The notes under the pieces are model-generated. The model made no database searches, was not told the DNA's origin, and saw only the letters and a program-made list of their open reading frames with translations. Both the position numbers and the translations under genes were made by a program. Shown in pieces: positions 57,955 to 64,000 of a stretch of DNA of 64,000 nucleotides. The DNA is from the human T2T-CHM13v2.0 reference genome, Homo sapiens, in NCBI RefSeq assembly GCF_009914755.1, contig NC_060931.1, one strand, 5' to 3'. Each line of letters begins with the position of its first letter. Position 1 is the first letter of the stretch.

Positions 57955-60170
57955 GACATAAAAACACAAATAAGTGGAAAGATATATGTGTTCATAGATT
58001 GAAAAATTAATATTGTTAAAATGTTTATATTAACAATCTACCCAACATAATCTACAGGTTCACTGAAATCTCCACCAAAATTTCAGGGTCATTTTTCACA
58101 GAAATAAAAAAGACAATCCTGAAAATTAATATGGAACCACAAAAGACCCTGACCAAAGCAATCTTGAGCAAAAAGAACAAAGCTGGAGGCATCAAAATAC
58201 TTGACTTCAAAATATACTGCAAAGCTATATTAGTTAAAACAGGATGTTACCAGCATAAAAACAGACAAATAAACTAATAGAATAGAATAGAGAACCCACA
58301 AATAAATCCATGCATTTCTGGTCTATTAATTTTCAACAGAAGTGCCAAAACACACACTAGGGAAAGGACAGTCTCTTTAATAAAGGGTGTTGAGACAACT
58401 GGTTAGCCACATGTAGAAGAATGAAATTAGACCCTTCACACTACAGAAGAAAATCAACTCAAAATGCATTAAATGTAAGATCTATCTACTACAACTGTAA
58501 AATTACTAGAAGAAAACATAGGGAAAAGGCTCCATGACATTGGTCTGGGTGATGACATTTTTGGATTTGACACCACAAGCACAGGCAACTAAAGGAAAAT
58601 AAACAAGTGGAATTACATCAAACTAAATTACATCATCAGAGTAAAGAGACAATTTACAAAAAGGGAAGAAATATTTAAAAACCACACATCGGATAAGGGG
58701 CTAATTTCCAAAATATATGAGGAACTCAATAGTAAGAAAATAAATAGCCTGATTTAGGCAAAGAACCTGAATAGACATTCTCAAATAAGACATTCAAATG
58801 GCCAACAGGTATATAAAAAGGTGCTCAAAATCACTATACAGCAAATAGATGAAAATTAAAACCATAGTGAGATATCCCCTCGTTAGAATGCATATTATCA
58901 AACAGCCGAAGGATAACAAGTGCTGGAGAAGATGTGGAGAAAAGGGAACCCTTGTAGTAGGAATGTAAATTTAGAACAGCCATTACAGAAAACATTATGG
59001 AGGTTCCTCAAAAAATTAAAAATAGAACTGCCATTAGTCTTCTATGTGATTAAATAAAAATAAAAATAGAACCTCCATGTAAACCAGCAATCCCACTTGT
59101 AGGTACATAGCCAAGGAAATGAAATCAGTGTCTCGAAGAGTTATCTCTACTCCCATGTTCATTGCAGGATTATTCACACTAGCTAAGATAAGGACTCAAC
59201 CTAATTGTCCATCTACTGATGAGTCGATAAAAAAAAAGTTGCGTATATAAACAATGGAATGCTATTCAGCCTTTAAGAGGAAGAAAATCCTGTCATTTGT
59301 GACAACATGGATGACCCAGGAGACATTATGTTGAGTGAAATAAACCAGACACTTAAAGACAAATACTGCATGACTTCCTTATACATGGCATCTAAAAAAG
59401 TTGAATTCGTAGAAGTAGAGAGTAGAATGGTGGTTACCGTGTGCTGGAAGGAGAGGGATCAGAGAGATGTTGGTTAAAGGATATAAAAATTCAGTTAAAA
59501 GGAAATAAGTTCAAGAGATCTATTGTACAAAATGTTGACTATAGTTAAAGTGTATTGGATATTTGAAAATTCCTAAAAGAGTATATTTTCAGTGTTCTCA
59601 CCAAAAAATGATAAGTATGTGAGGGCTGTGGTTTAAATGTGTCCCCTCAAATTCATATGCTGGAAACTTAACCCCCTGTCCAACAGTGCTGGGAAGTGGG
59701 GCTTTTTGGGAGGTGTTCTTAGCTCATAAGGGCAGAGCCCTCATGAGTGGATTAATACCTCTATAAAAGGGCTTGACAGAGGGAGTTTGTCCTTTTTTGC
59801 CATTTTGCTTTCTGCCATTTGGAGACACAACATTCCTTCACTCTAGAGGATGTAGTGTTCAAGGTACCACCTTGGAAGCAGAGACAGGACCCTCACTAGA
59901 CCCCAAATCTGATGGTGCTTTGATCTTGGACTTCCCAGCCTCTAGAACTATGAGAAATAAATTTCAGTTATCTATAAATGACCCAGTTTTGGGTATTGTT
60001 ATAGCAATACAAAAATGGACTAAGAAAGTGAGGTAATATGTATATTAATTTGTTAATTAGTACAATTTAGCCATTCCATGATATATACAAATTTCAAAAC
60101 ATGTATATCATATATACAATTTGTATTTGTCAATTTAAAAATTTTTAAATAATTTTTAAAAAGAAAAAAT
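57955..60170 (+). mobile_element. L1MA-type 3' portion (ORF2 end and 3'UTR), interrupted by a MaLR LTR
   Basis: GCAATCTTGAGCAAAAAGAACAAAGCTGGAGGCATC, CCAGCAATCCCACTT and other L1 motifs. Confidence 0.88.
59624..60027 (+). mobile_element. MaLR solo LTR (MLT1A/MST-like)
   Basis: CTTGGACTTCCCAGCCTCTAGAACTATGAGAAATAAA; TSD GTGAG at 59619-59623 and 60028-60032. Confidence 0.87.
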
Positions 60171-60909
60171 TAATACAGTTATAAGTTTATTCAAAGAAAA
60201 AAGAAGAAAGAAGAGACTAACCAGTGAAGCTAGACAATACGGTATGCATTAGTAGTATTAAGAAATCTTAGGAATTGGTTGGTTGTGGGTAGGAGAAAGC
60301 TGAGGACTGGAACGATGCAGAGATTCCAGTCTGGATGTGGTCATTACCCAGGGTGACTGAAAAAGAAGAACATGTTTAGGAAAAGAGAAAATATCAAGGT
60401 TTGTTTTGGACACTTGAGAAAAAATGATAGGAGAAGAAAGAGAAAGCAAGGGAAGATAAAGGGGGAGGAGGAAAATAGAATAAAGAAGAGAAAGACGTTA
60501 GAGGATACTCATTTTCCAAAACAGAGTTAGATTTAGTCTAAGTTGGTAGACTTAATTGATAGTTTAAAAAAAACCTAATTATTTAATTTCATTTATAGAG
60601 GAAAATCAATTGATTTGTTTTTTAACTTGTTAGTTGTATTATAGTTCACCACTATTTTTCTTCTAAACTTATTTATCCATCACTAAGCTACTTAAATTTC
60701 AAGTTACTCATTCAAAAACATAATGTAATGGATCACTATAAATGCATTTTTTCATTTATTTATTCAATTGTATTTATTGAGTATCTACTATATGCCTAGC
60801 ACTGTTGTAAGTGCTGGGCATACAGTAGGGAATTAAACAAAAATCCCTGCCCTCATTCATAGCTTCTATCATATCAAATGGTGGGAGGGAAATGCAATTT
60901 AGGAAGACT

Positions 60910-62788
60910 TGTACCTCTGGGAAGATGAACATGACATACTTTCCCCTATTTCTCTCACTAAGTACAATAATAAACCCTGGGCATTATACATAAAACAAAC
61001 ATAAGAAGACTCTGAAAGGTAGCGAGTAGAAGAAAGACTGGTTAAGGACACTAGAACCTTAGGAATGACACAGTAGTGGGTTGCCTGGATTTACTTTTTA
61101 CCTCATATATCCCAGACTGGGTGTTGGATAAGCCAGGAACCTGCAAATTTCAACAGGCAAAGGGAAAAAAACAACAACAATGAAAACCTCTCCACAAGAT
61201 ACTATTCTCTCTAGCCAAAGGACCAGAGAAAGAACAGCCTAGCAAAACAGAAAACTTTTCAGCCGTATCTGCTCTACTTTAAACATCACACAAAAAAACC
61301 GTAGTACCACCTACTCTTAAAAAAGGCTGAATGGGAAGCTTAGAATTCCGCCCTCCTGAGGCTATAACAGTGTCCCAGTACCACCATTAGGGTTGTATCA
61401 GAGAAGGCCAGAGAGATAAGATTTCTTCCCTCTTGGCTGGTCAAAAACTCTCTCTCTCTTCCCCAACACCCCCCTTCCCACAATGTTGACGGAACACCAC
61501 ACTGTGGAGCCTAGGCTGCCATCTTCATCCAAAAGTAATGTGCTGGTTCCTGGCCATACTGGGGTGGGGTCAGAAGAGGCCTGTTAGAGAGTTATGTCTT
61601 TCACTGTCACCCAGTGGTAAGGAGGCCACCCCAAGTACCATGCCAGTGGAAACCATGTAGGAAGCCTGGACTCCAAGTCCCACACAGTAGTAATGAGGAT
61701 GCCCTTATTGGGTGTCAGTGGAAGCCAATTGGGAAACTTGAACTTCATCCTCCACTTGGCAGTAATGAAGCAATGCCCCCCTCCCACCTTCCCCTGTGGG
61801 AGCAGTGTCACAAAAAGCTAGTTAAAACAGAAGGTTTAAATAAGATCCAGAGTTTCATAACATAATATAAATATGTCCAGCTTTCCATTGAAACCATTTG
61901 TCATACCAAGAACCAGGAAGATCTCAGATTGCATAATAAAAGATAGTCAATAGATGTCAACACTGAGATGACAGAGGTGTTAGAATCACTGACAAAGATT
62001 TTAAAGCATCCATGATTAAAATGCTTTGAGCAATACATGTGAGAAACAAATGAAAAAGTAGAAATCCACAGCAAAGAAATGGAAGATACAAAGAAGACCA
62101 AAATGGAAATTTGGTGCTGAAAAAATATGAAACTGAAAAAGTTCAGTGGATGGACCCAACAGGAAAATGGGAGTTACAGTGGAAAGAACCAGTGAACTGA
62201 AAGACAAAACAATAGAAATTTCCTAATCTGAACAACAGAGAGAAATTAGACTTGTTAAAAAATGAACAGAGCCTCAGGGACCTGTGGGACAATAACAAAA
62301 GATGACACCTGTCAGAATTCTTGAAGGAGAGAAGAAAGAAGGTGGGACTGAAAAAGTACTCAACAGCTGAAAATTTCCCAAAGTTAGCAAGAGACATAAG
62401 CAAACAGATTCAAGAAACAGAGCAAACCACAAATAGGAAAAATTCAAATAAATTCATGCCAAAGGCACGATAATTAAACCAATAAATAAAGACAAAGAAA
62501 AAATGTTGCAAATAGAGAAAAATGACAACTTGCCTACAAGTAAGCAATTGAATGACAGTAGATTTCTGATCAGAAACCATGGAGGCCAGGAGGAAGTGGT
62601 AAAACATATTTCAAGTGCTGAAAGATAACTGTCAACACAGCAGAATTATTCTTCAGCAATGAAGGAAACATTAAGACCTTCTCACAGGAAAGACAACTAA
62701 GGAAATGTGTTGCCGGCAGACTTACCCTCAAATAATGGTTAAAGAACATTCGTTAAGCAGAAAGGAAATGATAAAAGAAAGAACTTTA
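60910..62788 (+). mobile_element. Old L1M 5' region / ORF1 remnant
   Basis: GAACAGAGCCTCAGGGACCTGTGGGACAAT, TCAGAAACCATGGAGGCCAG are typical degenerate L1 ORF1 motifs. Confidence 0.75.
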
Positions 62789-62789
62789 G

Positions 62790-63066
62790 GCTGGGAGGCC
62801 AAAGCAAGCGGATCACTTGAGCTCAGTAGTTCAAGACCAGCCTGGGCAACATGGCAAAACCCTGTCTCTACAAAATATACAAAAAATTAATCAGACATGG
62901 TGATATGCGTCTGTGGGTCCCACCTATTTGGGCGGCTGAGGTGGGAGGATCACTTAAGCCCAGGAAGTTGAGGCTGCAGTGAGCTGTGATCGTGCCATCA
63001 TGCCACTGCAATCTAGCCTGGGCAATAGAATGAGACCCTGTCTCAAAACAAACAACAACAACAAAA
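62790..63066 (+). mobile_element. AluJ, 5'-truncated
   Basis: GGAGGATCACTTAAGCCCAGGAAGTTGAGGCTGCAG; (CAA)n tail. Confidence 0.87.
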
Positions 63067-64000
63067 CTTTGGAATAACAGGAAGAAAGGATACAGTAAAC
63101 AAGAATATGGGTAAATACATTAGGCTTTCCATTTTACTTTTAGTTTTCTGTTTGTTCCCCCTGTTCTTGGTTTCTCTGTTTTCTTTTTTCTGTCTTCTAG
63201 GGGGCTGTTTGAATACTTTTTAGAATTCCATTTTTATTTATATTGTTTTTTAGTGTATCTCTTTATATAGATTTTTCAGTGGTTGCAGTATTATATTATA
63301 CCAGTCTACTGGTATCATTTTCCAGTGTGAAGTTTAAAAATCTTACCTTTCTTTATGTCCCTTTATTCTACCCTGTGTGTGTAGCATAGTTGTTTTAAAT
63401 ATTTCCTCTACATACATATAGGACCACATTAGACAGTGTTATAATTTTTTTTCTCCACCACCAAAGATAATTTAGAACACTCAAGAGGAGAAGGATAAAG
63501 CAAGTTTGTTGTTCCTGTATTTATAGTGTAGATACAGTTTGCTAATTTGTCTAGCACACAGTCCGGGGTATAAGAGGTAAAAAGAAACCCAGGGAACTTA
63601 CTGCTGTGTCATTCTCTGGGTTCTGAAGTTTCTAGCCAGTCTTCCTTTTTATCTCCACCTTCAGAATCTTTTAATGTTTGTTTTCATAAAATAGCCAGAG
63701 TTTTTAGTTGTATTTAGCAGGAGGAAAATACATCTACTTAATTTTGTTCTATCCCAGAAGTTGCCTTTATTTTTTAATGTGAAGAATTACATCAATTGTT
63801 TTTCTCATGTTAAATCACCTAAATATTCTTAGGATAAATCCAACTTGAGCCTCATATATTGTTTTAATCTACTTTGCCAGATTTAGGATTTCGGTTTGAT
63901 AACATTTTAGAGGTTTAGGTTCTGTGTTTATGAGTAAAATTAGTCTGTTTTGTGCTTTTTTGGGTTTTGTTGTCAAGGTTATCCTAGCCTCAAAAATGCA

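Overview
Eukaryotic (human) genomic DNA, recognisable from exon sequence as the ABCB1 (MDR1/P-glycoprotein) / RUNDC3B (RPIB9) locus on 7q21. The minus strand carries the ABCB1 ATG exon (3905-3978), the non-coding exon 1a/1b (4543-4866) with the TATA-less proximal promoter, an alternative upstream exon (6748-6928), and the PXR/CAR response-element cluster about 7.8 kb upstream (12485-12549). The plus strand carries the RUNDC3B CpG-island promoter, coding exon 1 (32706-32827) and exon 2 (54705-54820). The rest is intronic sequence rich in Alu, L1, L2, MIR, MaLR LTRs and DNA transposons, plus a U13 snoRNA retrocopy and a ~0.8 kb 13-bp VNTR. I see no prokaryotic-type system and no evidence of a wholly new gene; all long ORFs in the track are repeat or GC artefacts. 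The most interesting items are (1) a splice path that treats the ABCB1 core promoter as an intron and adds 70 in-frame N-terminal codons, (2) a higher-order VNTR bracketed by a duplicated Alu end just upstream of RUNDC3B, (3) a ~26-bp motif present twice in the RUNDC3B CpG island, and (4) micro-duplications that multiply GATA- and SOX-like motifs upstream of ABCB1. Repeat subfamily names and boundaries were assigned by eye and are approximate.
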